Shown here: in pieces, positions 34,318 to 43,566 of the stretch
Numbering within the stretch: position 1 is the stretch's first letter
Layout: each line of letters opens with the position of its first letter
Virus record (IMG/VR): IMGVR_UViG_3300043256_000338
Location: 1 to 61,439 of that record
DNA length: 61,439 nt
Direction: 5' to 3' (one strand)
DNA from: a virus
Lineage: Duplodnaviria; Caudoviricetes
Program-made: the position numbers and the translations under genes
Notes under the pieces: model-generated
Told to the model about the DNA's origin: nothing
Database searches by the model: none
Seen by the model: only the letters and a program-made list of their open reading frames with translations

Positions 34318-37300
34318 CTACGTAAGCGGTTGTGTTGCATCAACAAGAGCATCGATCTGAGCTTCCGAGAGCGCACGCTTGTAGATCCGGAAGTCGTCTA
34401 TCTCGACCTCCTCGGGTGTCAACGCCTGCTCCGGGGACCCACTGTGGTAGGCGGCCCCGATGACAAGGGGGTGGTCGGTCGTCTGGACCGTCCCGCAGCC
34501 AGTCCGATTCGTGTACCCCGGGGTCGGAGTCGTCGCTCCATCCTTGATGTAGACCGTCAGAGTCCCGCCTGCAGCAGTCGTGATGACCATCGACGCATGG
34601 ATCCACTTGTCCTCGTCGTCGACGTTGTCGGCCCCGCCGAACGTGACCAACGCCGAATGGATCGTTCCGTCGTTCTCGATGAATACGAAATTGAAGCCTC
34701 CAGCCGGCGGGTCGTTGTAAAACAGGTAGACCGAGCGATTGGTGTACGGCGACCCAGAGTCGAAATCAGTGGCCGACCAGAATATCTGATTGGCTTTCGC
34801 GACAGCGCCGCCGGCCGGGAGCTTGATCCAGAGACAGATAGTCCATTCCTCGGCACCGACCGGTAACAGGTTCTTCCGCAGTGCAAGAGCATTCGAGATG
34901 GTCAAGTGCTCAATCGTCACGTCGCTCACACCATCGGTCGTCTTGACGGCATTGGAGAACTGCCCAGTCGTTGACACACAATCGTTATTGTCCGTGAAGT
35001 CCGTGGCGCTCCCAAAGCGAGCAGCCCTGGCCACCGGAGAGACCCCAGTAGACGGCTCGTTCATGTTCCAGTAGCCGACCAGGCTCGCGAGGTCGGTGTC
35101 CGTGTTGAACACAACGTAGGCGACGTCAGCCCCATCCTGATCCAGGATCCCGATCGTGTTGAGCGGGGCCTCGCTCGTGTCCCCGTGCCGGAATTCGAGC
35201 TCGTCATTTATCGAAAATGACTCGCCGGACAGAGATGCCAGAGCTGTCCACGCCCCGTTATTGATGCGGTACTGGACACCCGTGATTGACGTCCCCATCG
35301 TGAGATCGTGCGTCACTGCTCCGGCGACGATGTAGGTCCGCGAGACCGGCCCGTTGGCGAAAACCGTCCCAAGATTCGTCAGGCCCACGAGAACGGCGCT
35401 GGTGGGAGAGCTCAGGTAAGCCATTGGCACCCTAGCCTCGTATACCACCGAATCGACTGTGTGACGCACCAGGACAGAAACCGAGAGCCCGTCAGAGCCA
35501 GGGATCTCGCCATTGAGTATGGACAGCACGTCAGCCCGCACGAGCACTCCCGCGCGCCCGTTGATCCATCCACCCTGCCCGGCGACCAAGGCCAGTCCAT
35601 CACCATCGACCACGACAGCCGAGAGTTGGCTTTCGTGGTCGTGCTTCGCCTGGAAACCGGCATCCAGGTTCGCCGCGTCGTCCGATAATGAGATGACCTC
35701 GTCCTCGGTCTCCCAGTCGCGACGGTCCCACTCGACGTCAATTCCGGTGGTGTCCCCGCCCGGGTTCGTGATCGTCGCATCCAGATCTGGAGCAGACTCG
35801 AACCGAACCGCGTCCACGAGGAGCTGGAACGGCGGGTAGGGGCGCAAGTAGCGGTTATCCATCTGGAGCGAGAAGGTGACCGCCGCCGCCTCGAGCAGCT
35901 CGGCGTCCCGCGATACCGTGCGAATCTGAGCCTCGACGAAGCGCCCAGCCGCTATTGGGGTGTCACTCAGGCCACCGGAGACGTACAGCAGGTACACCAG
36001 CACGCTCGAGGCATGGTCAGCAGGCACCGAATCGAGCATGCCTCGGTAGGCCGTCGTGAAGCTGAACAGCGACCCTCCGTCGTCGACATAGTCCGTAACC
36101 CCAATGAACTCGTCGCCGATCATGATCATGTTCGCGAGCTCGCGTCCGATCTCGGCAGCCGACGCCCCGTCCTGGTCGAACAGGAGCGCGATCAGCGACT
36201 TCGAATCGGGGGACCCGGAGAACTGGATGGTGGTCGTCGGGTTGGCGTCTCCAGCCGCCAGGCTGACGTTCAGGGAGCCGATGAGGAACAGCCCAGGCGA
36301 GAACCCGTCCTGGACGTAGGTCCCACCAGGTGGGCTCACAGTGTTGTTCCGCTGGAAGAATTTCAGGGCCGTCTCGCCAGCCTGAGCCCGGGCACCATAG
36401 AAGATCCGGTCCGCGACCCCTATCAGAAGCGGGTCCACGTCGCGATCGATGATCGCCTTCGGAGCCTCGAACACGAGCTGCTGGTTCGTCGGGATCGCTT
36501 CCACACCTTGAGACGGGAGCGTCCAAAGCGGGGCCGGCGGCACGCCAAAGAAGCCAACCTCGAGCGAGAAGATGTCCTGAGAGACGCCGAGTGTCATATT
36601 CCCGCCGATCTCCCCGAAATCGACCCGAGTCAGGCGTATCGGGAGATCGATGATGCCAAGGGATTCGTCTGTCCATCGGATGACCTGAGCCGGCTGTGCA
36701 TCCCAGAACTCGCGGGTGACGATGATTGTCGCCTTGGCTAGCGGAAACGAGTAGAAGCGCAGGTCGCGCGCAGCCAGATCATTGGCAAGCACAGCACTCT
36801 TGCAACCTGGGTAATTGATCGTAGACGAGATGACCTTGCCCTGCTGCATCCGTTGATTGGCCAGGTTGTCAGATCTGGCGAACGTCGAGAAGTATTCGCG
36901 GGCTCGATCGACGAACGAGATCCGGATCTGATTCGTGGTCCCGTCCCACGTCTGCCTCGCGAACTCCCGCACCACCACCTTGTTTTCGATGTTGATCCCG
37001 TTGAGCTCTGAGAGCCGAGGGCCGCCGTAGACCGTCCCTCCCGGGACCTCGTTGATGAGAGTCTCCGACACCCGGACAGTCGTGGACGTCGTTGCAGCCA
37101 CCGTCTTGCGGCCGTTGTTCTGACTGTTGTCCATGCCGTCAGCCCAAATCGACTGTCCTACAGCGAACGAAAAACCTCCGCCCGGGACGGTGTACGTATC
37201 GCCACCGGTGACCTCTGAAATCGTGTGGTTCACCGTATAGTCGAGTCGAGCTAGCTTGATCTTGTAGAGCCCAGTCCGGCGATCGAAGTAGAGCACGCCG

Positions 37301-38298
37301 TTGATCTGCCGCTGCACCAAGGTGAGCAACTCGCGAATCGAAAGGTGACGCTCGAACTGGATCGAGAAGCCGTTCCCCTCAGTGTGCAGCGTATCAGCGG
37401 CCTCCGAGAAGTTGGCCAAGTCCACCAGTGTCGAGGAGCGTCCCATGCCCCAGATGTCGTCCCGGATAGCCTCATAGATGATCTCCATCGGATTCAAGTC
37501 GTTTGAATCAACGATGTGCTCGCCAGTGGTGTAGTCCCCATTCTGAGCCACGGCAGAAGCGTCCGTGAACAGCCGTGACGGGAACCTCGAGACCTCGAAC
37601 CCGAAGGGCTTGATGGCAGTCGTGTTTCCAATCCATCCACCTTCGAATACGTAGTGGGCAGTCCCTCGCTGGCCAGAGATCGGCGTCTGAAACGTGTCTA
37701 GATAGGTGCTCGCGACCTGGGTCTGCGAACCGGGGAAGAACTCAACCGAACTGACGACCCCGCCGGATCCGAAGTCGTTACCCCCGAGGATCCCGGGTTC
37801 GTTGATCTGTGTGTCGGCTGCGCCGATCGGCTTGTCGCCAATAAAGACGTTTTGAAGCGTCACGTCTGCAGCAGCACCGCCACTACAGATCGCCATGTCA
37901 ATGCCGACAAAGTAGCGGAACCCCGTGGTGATACTCTTCTTCGACCACAGGCCCACCTTGATCTTCTCGCGAATCGGTATCTGGCGGAAGTCACCCCACC
38001 AGGTGACGTTCGGGCCCGAGACCTTCACTTGCCCAAAGATGAGAGGTACAGGACGTCCCTCAATCGCCGTCGGAAAGTTGAAGTCTCCCTCTCCGGCAGG
38101 CTTCGCGTTCTCAATATCCGGCTTTGGCCTGAGAAGCTCCGACAGGACCAGGGACACACCAGAGATGATGAGCCCGACGATCAACATCGTCACGAAATCG
38201 GCATTGACGATCCCAGCGTCGTCTTTGGTATTCCACCGGTAGAGACCGAACCCGATGGCAAACAGATAGCTGCAGAGGACCAGGACAGGGTTTCGCAT
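34318..38298 (-). CDS. Tail tip/central fibre protein (phage-tail_3-like) with C-terminal LamG domain
   Basis: DFNFPTAIEGRPVPLIFG..GPNVTWWGD, NPMEIIYE, IKLARLDY; LVGYWNMNE..WTICLWIK..IDDFRIYKRALSEAQI. Confidence 0.88.
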   Translation of the reverse strand: MRNPVLVLCSYLFAIGFGLYRWNTKDDAGIVNADFVTMLIVGLIISGVSLVLSELLRPKPDIENAKPAGEGDFNFPTAIEGRPVPLIFGQVKVSGPNVTWWGDFRQIPIREKIKVGLWSKKSITTGFRYFVGIDMAICSGGAAADVTLQNVFIGDKPIGAADTQINEPGILGGNDFGSGGVVSSVEFFPGSQTQVASTYLDTFQTPISGQRGTAHYVFEGGWIGNTTAIKPFGFEVSRFPSRLFTDASAVAQNGDYTTGEHIVDSNDLNPMEIIYEAIRDDIWGMGRSSTLVDLANFSEAADTLHTEGNGFSIQFERHLSIRELLTLVQRQINGVLYFDRRTGLYKIKLARLDYTVNHTISEVTGGDTYTVPGGGFSFAVGQSIWADGMDNSQNNGRKTVAATTSTTVRVSETLINEVPGGTVYGGPRLSELNGINIENKVVVREFARQTWDGTTNQIRISFVDRAREYFSTFARSDNLANQRMQQGKVISSTINYPGCKSAVLANDLAARDLRFYSFPLAKATIIVTREFWDAQPAQVIRWTDESLGIIDLPIRLTRVDFGEIGGNMTLGVSQDIFSLEVGFFGVPPAPLWTLPSQGVEAIPTNQQLVFEAPKAIIDRDVDPLLIGVADRIFYGARAQAGETALKFFQRNNTVSPPGGTYVQDGFSPGLFLIGSLNVSLAAGDANPTTTIQFSGSPDSKSLIALLFDQDGASAAEIGRELANMIMIGDEFIGVTDYVDDGGSLFSFTTAYRGMLDSVPADHASSVLVYLLYVSGGLSDTPIAAGRFVEAQIRTVSRDAELLEAAAVTFSLQMDNRYLRPYPPFQLLVDAVRFESAPDLDATITNPGGDTTGIDVEWDRRDWETEDEVISLSDDAANLDAGFQAKHDHESQLSAVVVDGDGLALVAGQGGWINGRAGVLVRADVLSILNGEIPGSDGLSVSVLVRHTVDSVVYEARVPMAYLSSPTSAVLVGLTNLGTVFANGPVSRTYIVAGAVTHDLTMGTSITGVQYRINNGAWTALASLSGESFSINDELEFRHGDTSEAPLNTIGILDQDGADVAYVVFNTDTDLASLVGYWNMNEPSTGVSPVARAARFGSATDFTDNNDCVSTTGQFSNAVKTTDGVSDVTIEHLTISNALALRKNLLPVGAEEWTICLWIKLPAGGAVAKANQIFWSATDFDSGSPYTNRSVYLFYNDPPAGGFNFVFIENDGTIHSALVTFGGADNVDDEDKWIHASMVITTAAGGTLTVYIKDGATTPTPGYTNRTGCGTVQTTDHPLVIGAAYHSGSPEQALTPEEVEIDDFRIYKRALSEAQIDALVDATQPLT

Positions 38299-39110
38299 CA
38301 GTCCAGCCCTTCGAACGGGTTCTTGGTCGGCACGTATGGGAACCCCGTGTGGTTCACCGTGTTGCTGTACACGAGATCGCAGTCCTCATCGATGATGTGG
38401 TTGCACCCAGGGAGGATCCGCACCGTCGCAGCTGCAGGGCTGTCCAGGAACGGCAGATCGACCGTCATGATTCGTCCGGACTGGACAACGATCGACCGGA
38501 ACTCATTTAGATGCTCGATGAATCCTCCGAGCCAGTAGCCAGCCACCTCCGTCGAGAGCTGCCCAGAGTCGATCGTCACGACACGGTCAACAACAGTCGC
38601 CACAGTCACGTTCTCATCGAATGCTGGTTCTGAGATCGTGCAGCGGTCGTCGTACAGATTGTTGTTACATTGCCCCTGAAACGTGTCGCGAGGAATGACC
38701 TTGCTGCTTGCACTCGTGATCGGCCGGCAAGCAAGGTTTGCTTTCCGCAAGTCATCCACGAAACCAACTGTCGAGACCGAACCCTGAAAGACGAAGATCG
38801 CCTCCGCCGAAGGGTCCGGAACATGGAGCTGGCGGATCGTAATCTCGGGAAATTCGCCGGGGATGATCCCGATGTACAGCCTGGCGAAAACGTTGTTTCC
38901 GGGCAGCTCGATATTGACCTGCCCGTCCTTCGAATCGATCGTCGAGATGATCCGGGACCGCTCGATTGGCGTCGCGGTGTAGACCTGCGTCTGAAAGGTG
39001 AAGTCCTTCTCGGCATTCGTGTACCGAAACTTCGTGAGCCCGAGTGAGAACTCGTAGAGCTCAAGCGGTGCCCCTGAATCGACGCTCTCCTCATACTGCT
39101 CGAAGCTCAT
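38298..39110 (-). CDS. DUF2163/BR0599-family tail hub protein
   Basis: PLELYEF, CNNNLYDDRC, ILPGCNH..C..NTVNHTGFPYVPTKNPF. Confidence 0.88.
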   Translation of the reverse strand: MSFEQYEESVDSGAPLELYEFSLGLTKFRYTNAEKDFTFQTQVYTATPIERSRIISTIDSKDGQVNIELPGNNVFARLYIGIIPGEFPEITIRQLHVPDPSAEAIFVFQGSVSTVGFVDDLRKANLACRPITSASSKVIPRDTFQGQCNNNLYDDRCTISEPAFDENVTVATVVDRVVTIDSGQLSTEVAGYWLGGFIEHLNEFRSIVVQSGRIMTVDLPFLDSPAAATVRILPGCNHIIDEDCDLVYSNTVNHTGFPYVPTKNPFEGLD

Positions 39111-40867
39111 AGGTCACCCTCCAGCACCGAGACTACAGGAAATGTGCTCATCGACTTGCCAGCAGAATCCAGATGGCGAATCATGATCCTGTCCGTATCG
39201 ATGCGCGACTTCTCGATGTACTCGACCCTATCGACATTCTCGACGGCGACCGTGATCCCAACCGTGTCCGGGGAGATTGAGATGAGCTCCTCGCCAGGGG
39301 ACGGTTTGCTCGAACCGGTGATCAACTTCGGCGTCGACTTCGTCCCATCCGTCGCCACGACCCTGAGCAGATCTCTCGGCTGCCGGCGCTGGATCAGGTT
39401 CGTGTAGTCGATGTCCGCAACCGTGATTGCCTGATCCGCCGACGCGATGTTCGAGATGGCCTCGAGATCCTCTGCGAACGTAGGGAGGTAGAAGGCCGTC
39501 CGCCTCCCCTTCAGCGCGTGCAAGAGCCGTCGCATGTCCCAGAGCTCCTGTCGCGACCTCGTGAAGAACCCCTTCTGGGACGCCCGCTTGCTAACACTCT
39601 GGTTCGTGAAGATTTCCGGGAAGGATACCCGGCTGTCGATCGCCACGATCAGCCGGCGCCACTGCTCCCGAATCGTAGCCCCGTCGACAAAGTTGTCGTC
39701 ATCCAGCAGTACTCGAGCCACGCCGGACGCCGGGGTGTAGGAGCTGAACGCCGAGACGTCCGAGAGGTCCACGCCATTGTCGGTCACCACGAACTTCGCC
39801 GCGGTACGCTGCAGGTTTACCCGCCAGCGATCCTGGGCGACCGCCTCGAGCAGAACCGCCGTCCTGACAGGGATGACCAGGGCGCCGGCCGTGAAGGCCT
39901 TGGTGAACGGGCTCGAGAACGTGACCGTCGTCGATGTGAAGGAAGCAATCTGCAATGCCTCGAAATTGTCGTAGCCATCCCAGGCCACCGCAACCTGCTC
40001 CTCGGCAAACGTCGAGCAGTCCGTGTTGGTGACAGTGATCACGGTGTCGTTGATGGCAATGTCATTCACCAGATCCACAGACTCGAACCAGACGGGCACG
40101 CCGTAGACCCGCCCCTGGCCGTCAAACAGCGCGCTGTCGAGCCTCCGGCGCTCGTCCCCCTCTGTCACATAGGCCAAATCGTACGTGGACCGTGGGACCT
40201 CCCGGAGCGCCGCGCGCTGCTCCTGGCCGTTCGAGGCCCTCCGGATCATTGTGACCCATTCCAAGATCTCCAGGATCGGCGACTCTGGCAGGAACGGAAA
40301 CACGACCGACCGTTGCCCAGAAATAGGAATCGACCGGGCGACAGGCCCCCCGAGCGGGTCCGTCATCGTGAATTCGAGGGTCCCCGCGATCGACGGCGGG
40401 CCGATCGGATCGATCGTCAAGTCGTGGACTATCCCCGAGAGAGGCCCAATGACCACCGTGGGGGGCGGCGGGAGAGGATTGGAGAGCGTAACGCCGGCGC
40501 CGGCCGAGGAATCGTCGTAAGCCGTCCAGGAGACATCCCCGGACCTCCAAGAGCTGTAGACCTCCACCTCGACGATGACGACCGACAAGATGATGCCCAC
40601 GTCGATCGACACCGGCAGCACGTACACGTCATCGAAGAAGTCGTCCCCGAGCCCGAGGCTCTGGAAGCCTCCGAAGAACTTCCGGTTCCGGGCCCCGATC
40701 ACGTCGCGCGGGTGCCCGAGAAGCGTCGTCGTCAGCGGGGATGCGAACGATGGGAATTCGTCCTGGATCGAGATGCTCGCCGAGATCGTTGGCGCCACGA
40801 TCGTCGAATCGATCGGCGTCACCGGAAAGAGCTGGTCACCCTGGAGCGTAGTCGAGAAGGTGGTCAT
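39107..40867 (-). CDS. Tail/baseplate structural protein
   Basis: EILEWVT..NGQEQRAALR..PR, ALKGRRTAFYLPT; position. Confidence 0.75.
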   Translation of the reverse strand: MTTFSTTLQGDQLFPVTPIDSTIVAPTISASISIQDEFPSFASPLTTTLLGHPRDVIGARNRKFFGGFQSLGLGDDFFDDVYVLPVSIDVGIILSVVIVEVEVYSSWRSGDVSWTAYDDSSAGAGVTLSNPLPPPPTVVIGPLSGIVHDLTIDPIGPPSIAGTLEFTMTDPLGGPVARSIPISGQRSVVFPFLPESPILEILEWVTMIRRASNGQEQRAALREVPRSTYDLAYVTEGDERRRLDSALFDGQGRVYGVPVWFESVDLVNDIAINDTVITVTNTDCSTFAEEQVAVAWDGYDNFEALQIASFTSTTVTFSSPFTKAFTAGALVIPVRTAVLLEAVAQDRWRVNLQRTAAKFVVTDNGVDLSDVSAFSSYTPASGVARVLLDDDNFVDGATIREQWRRLIVAIDSRVSFPEIFTNQSVSKRASQKGFFTRSRQELWDMRRLLHALKGRRTAFYLPTFAEDLEAISNIASADQAITVADIDYTNLIQRRQPRDLLRVVATDGTKSTPKLITGSSKPSPGEELISISPDTVGITVAVENVDRVEYIEKSRIDTDRIMIRHLDSAGKSMSTFPVVSVLEGDL

Positions 40868-41857
40868 CTAGGACACCAGGTAAGCGCAGCCGGCGTTCCG
40901 CGTACCGAGCACCGTCGGATCGACCGATGATAGCTTCTGCCCCCATGGGAAGAATTGCCACGTATCCGACCCGATGACTTTCTGCTCCTGCGGTTGGATG
41001 TTCCCCATATTCACGAACCGAACGTCAGGCATGGTCCCAAGCGGCATGTACAGATTCGAGCTCACCGAAAACGTCGTGAGAATCGGGATCATGTTGATCG
41101 ATGCCGCATTGGCGGCACCCCTCTGGAACGATGCCAGCGATGGACCTCCGCCGTACCGGCCGAACGCACGGCCAGTCGAGACGGCGATTGCATCCCCGTC
41201 GAGCACGTTGTCGATCGTCGCTGGGTTCCCCTCCGAGAAAGCAAGCCACTTCGAGTTGGTGATCTGGTTCCGAAGTAGCGTCGCCCGCATCGTTGCGAGG
41301 TTCCCGGACGCTGCGGTCGCTACGTGGGCAGAGTCGAGCCACGGGCCACGGTGGTTGATGGACCACGGCTCGTCACCGTTGCTCGTCAGGTTGAACTCTG
41401 CGCCGTACTTGTAGGCGCCGCCAGCCCAGGTGAACCACTTGTCGGCGTCACGGATCTGGCCGAACCCGAAGTGCATGTAGCGGCCGTCACGGTTGAACTC
41501 GACTATGCAGTGTGCGTACCGATCCGTCGCCGTCGCTACGTCGTTTGCGAAAACCCACAACTGCGCATCCGATATAGTCAGTGGAAAATCGACGTTTGAG
41601 TCGAACGACGAATCGCCAGCCTCTCCACCAAACGACACCGGGGTCGAGGAGGCCGTCGACTGGCTCATGTCGATCTGATCGCCGGCCCACTGGTACTGGA
41701 CGAACAGGTCCCCTATATCCAGGTCGAGCGTATTGCCAGGCAAGTCGATCCCGTCGACGCTGTTCCAAGTGTTCGTCAGGGTCGAGGTCAGGAACGTGTG
41801 GATCGCCGCCATGATGTCGTCGGTGCTAGAGATCCCCTGGTCGTTAAGAACCGTCAT
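40868..41857 (-). CDS. Virion structural protein
   Basis: YMHFGFG, LGTMPDVRFVNM..DTWQFFP; position after tape measure. Confidence 0.7.
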   Translation of the reverse strand: MTVLNDQGISSTDDIMAAIHTFLTSTLTNTWNSVDGIDLPGNTLDLDIGDLFVQYQWAGDQIDMSQSTASSTPVSFGGEAGDSSFDSNVDFPLTISDAQLWVFANDVATATDRYAHCIVEFNRDGRYMHFGFGQIRDADKWFTWAGGAYKYGAEFNLTSNGDEPWSINHRGPWLDSAHVATAASGNLATMRATLLRNQITNSKWLAFSEGNPATIDNVLDGDAIAVSTGRAFGRYGGGPSLASFQRGAANAASINMIPILTTFSVSSNLYMPLGTMPDVRFVNMGNIQPQEQKVIGSDTWQFFPWGQKLSSVDPTVLGTRNAGCAYLVS

Positions 41858-43563
41858 CAGGCCCCCTGCAATGCGTGGTAGGTCCAGTGGCGATCGAGAT
41901 TGCAGTTGTTGAAGACGTACCAGTAGTTGGTCCCGTCGTCGATCTCGTCCTCAGCGTTGATGAACCCGCCGCCGCCGTCGATCCTCTGGTCGAGGAATCG
42001 CACACCGCCGAGCTCTCCGAGCAATCTCGGGTCCGCACCGGTGGTGTCCGCGATCGTCATTTCCCAGAGCACCGGGAGCTCCGGGTCCCCCTCGTTTCCC
42101 ATCGGGACAAAGCGGTTCGTGTTCGCCTGCCCGCCGACCCCGGTGCCGGCCGGGTCCTCCGTCAAGCACCAGAAGGCCCAACGCTCCCGAAGTGCGCTCA
42201 CCGACGAATCGCCGATGAATTCATCCGCCGTCTGGAACGCCGATCCGATCGTATCGAAATCGCCGCCAGGGATGATGTTCGCAAAGGAGTAGGACGTGAT
42301 CCGGTCGATGTCTCCATTCGAGGCGTTGCCGAACCCGTTGCGAGCCGTCACCCAGCCACCACCGGGAGTGAGCACTTGGCCCGGGCCAGCGGAGTCCGCC
42401 GACGCAGACGCAATACAGAGATTCATTCCAGCCCAACGAGAAGACGTCGACCCTTGATTGAGATCATGCCTCGATGAGCACCCAAGGACAGCAAGCGGCA
42501 CGGGGAACTGAGCAGCGGTGCCATAGTTGTCGTGAGCACCAAGCCACATGTTCGAGTAGACCCCTGGAGCGATGTTGAACTCGATGATGATCGCCCTGTC
42601 GGTGATCCGCATCCAGTAATCGAACGCCTCGTCCTCCAGAATGACGTAGGACCCGAAGTCGTTGTCCGGGTAGCGCCCGACAGATTGCACCAGCTGCGCA
42701 TCCCAGTCGTTGCCGGCGACGTACTGCTGCATCCCCATGATCTCCCAGTTGGCGACCGTGGAACCATTCGTGTACGAACGGATGCCGACGTGGAAGCCGC
42801 CAGACGACGTGATGATGAGCTCGCGGTCCGTCGTCGAGTCGGTGAAATCCTGGAAAGTCAGATCGATCGTCGCATCGTTGTTCCCAGCACCAGTCGTCGC
42901 GATCGCCGTGAGCCCAGGGTTCCGATGGTAGATACCGCGCGTCGTGATTGTAAGTCCAGTAATCACGCCACCGGACTCGGACGAAACGGTGACGGTCGCC
43001 GCATTTGTGGCCTGTGGGGCGTCGTAGCCCGTCCGCGTATCTCCACCGACCACAGAGAGAACATCGCTCACTGAGTAGCCGGTACCGCCAGCGTTGACCG
43101 CGACCGTCGCAACCTCCTGCGTGATCCGGTCCGGCACCCAGCCATTCCCAGCGAAGATGACCGACGCAATCGTCACCACACCGACACCGGACCCGGTGAT
43201 GATTGCCGTGTTGAACTCGTCCGGAGTGCCGTTGTCCGTCGGGATCGTCGAGTAGCACCCCTGCTGTCGGAGCCGGACAGCCGTCACCACCCCAGTTGAA
43301 ACGGTAGTAACCTCGAGCGTGGCCCGACAATTCGCGAGGACTGACGGAAATACCTCAGATGAGGCACCATCTGCGATCTGGAGGAAGTCGCCCACCGCGT
43401 AGCCACTGCTTCCACCGGAGACCACAGCGCCGATCGTTGTCACGCTATCGTTGGTGTCATCCGCGAACGCGAGGACCTTCCTGAGCATATCGATGTAGTT
43501 GATGGCGCTGGGCGCCACCTTCCACTCCATCCCTGCCCCGCCGCCAGATGCGATGAACCCCAC
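41857..43563 (-). CDS. Virion structural (distal tail) protein with inserted GGxGY repeats
   Basis: SGGSSGYAVGDFL and AGGTGYSVSDVL repeats; LLGELGGV. Confidence 0.7.
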   Translation of the reverse strand: MGFIASGGGAGMEWKVAPSAINYIDMLRKVLAFADDTNDSVTTIGAVVSGGSSGYAVGDFLQIADGASSEVFPSVLANCRATLEVTTVSTGVVTAVRLRQQGCYSTIPTDNGTPDEFNTAIITGSGVGVVTIASVIFAGNGWVPDRITQEVATVAVNAGGTGYSVSDVLSVVGGDTRTGYDAPQATNAATVTVSSESGGVITGLTITTRGIYHRNPGLTAIATTGAGNNDATIDLTFQDFTDSTTDRELIITSSGGFHVGIRSYTNGSTVANWEIMGMQQYVAGNDWDAQLVQSVGRYPDNDFGSYVILEDEAFDYWMRITDRAIIIEFNIAPGVYSNMWLGAHDNYGTAAQFPVPLAVLGCSSRHDLNQGSTSSRWAGMNLCIASASADSAGPGQVLTPGGGWVTARNGFGNASNGDIDRITSYSFANIIPGGDFDTIGSAFQTADEFIGDSSVSALRERWAFWCLTEDPAGTGVGGQANTNRFVPMGNEGDPELPVLWEMTIADTTGADPRLLGELGGVRFLDQRIDGGGGFINAEDEIDDGTNYWYVFNNCNLDRHWTYHALQGA

Positions 43564-43566
43564 GTG

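Noticed and set aside
34318-35100. Diversity-generating retroelement targeting the tail tip
   Set aside because: No reverse transcriptase and no template/variable repeat pair seen
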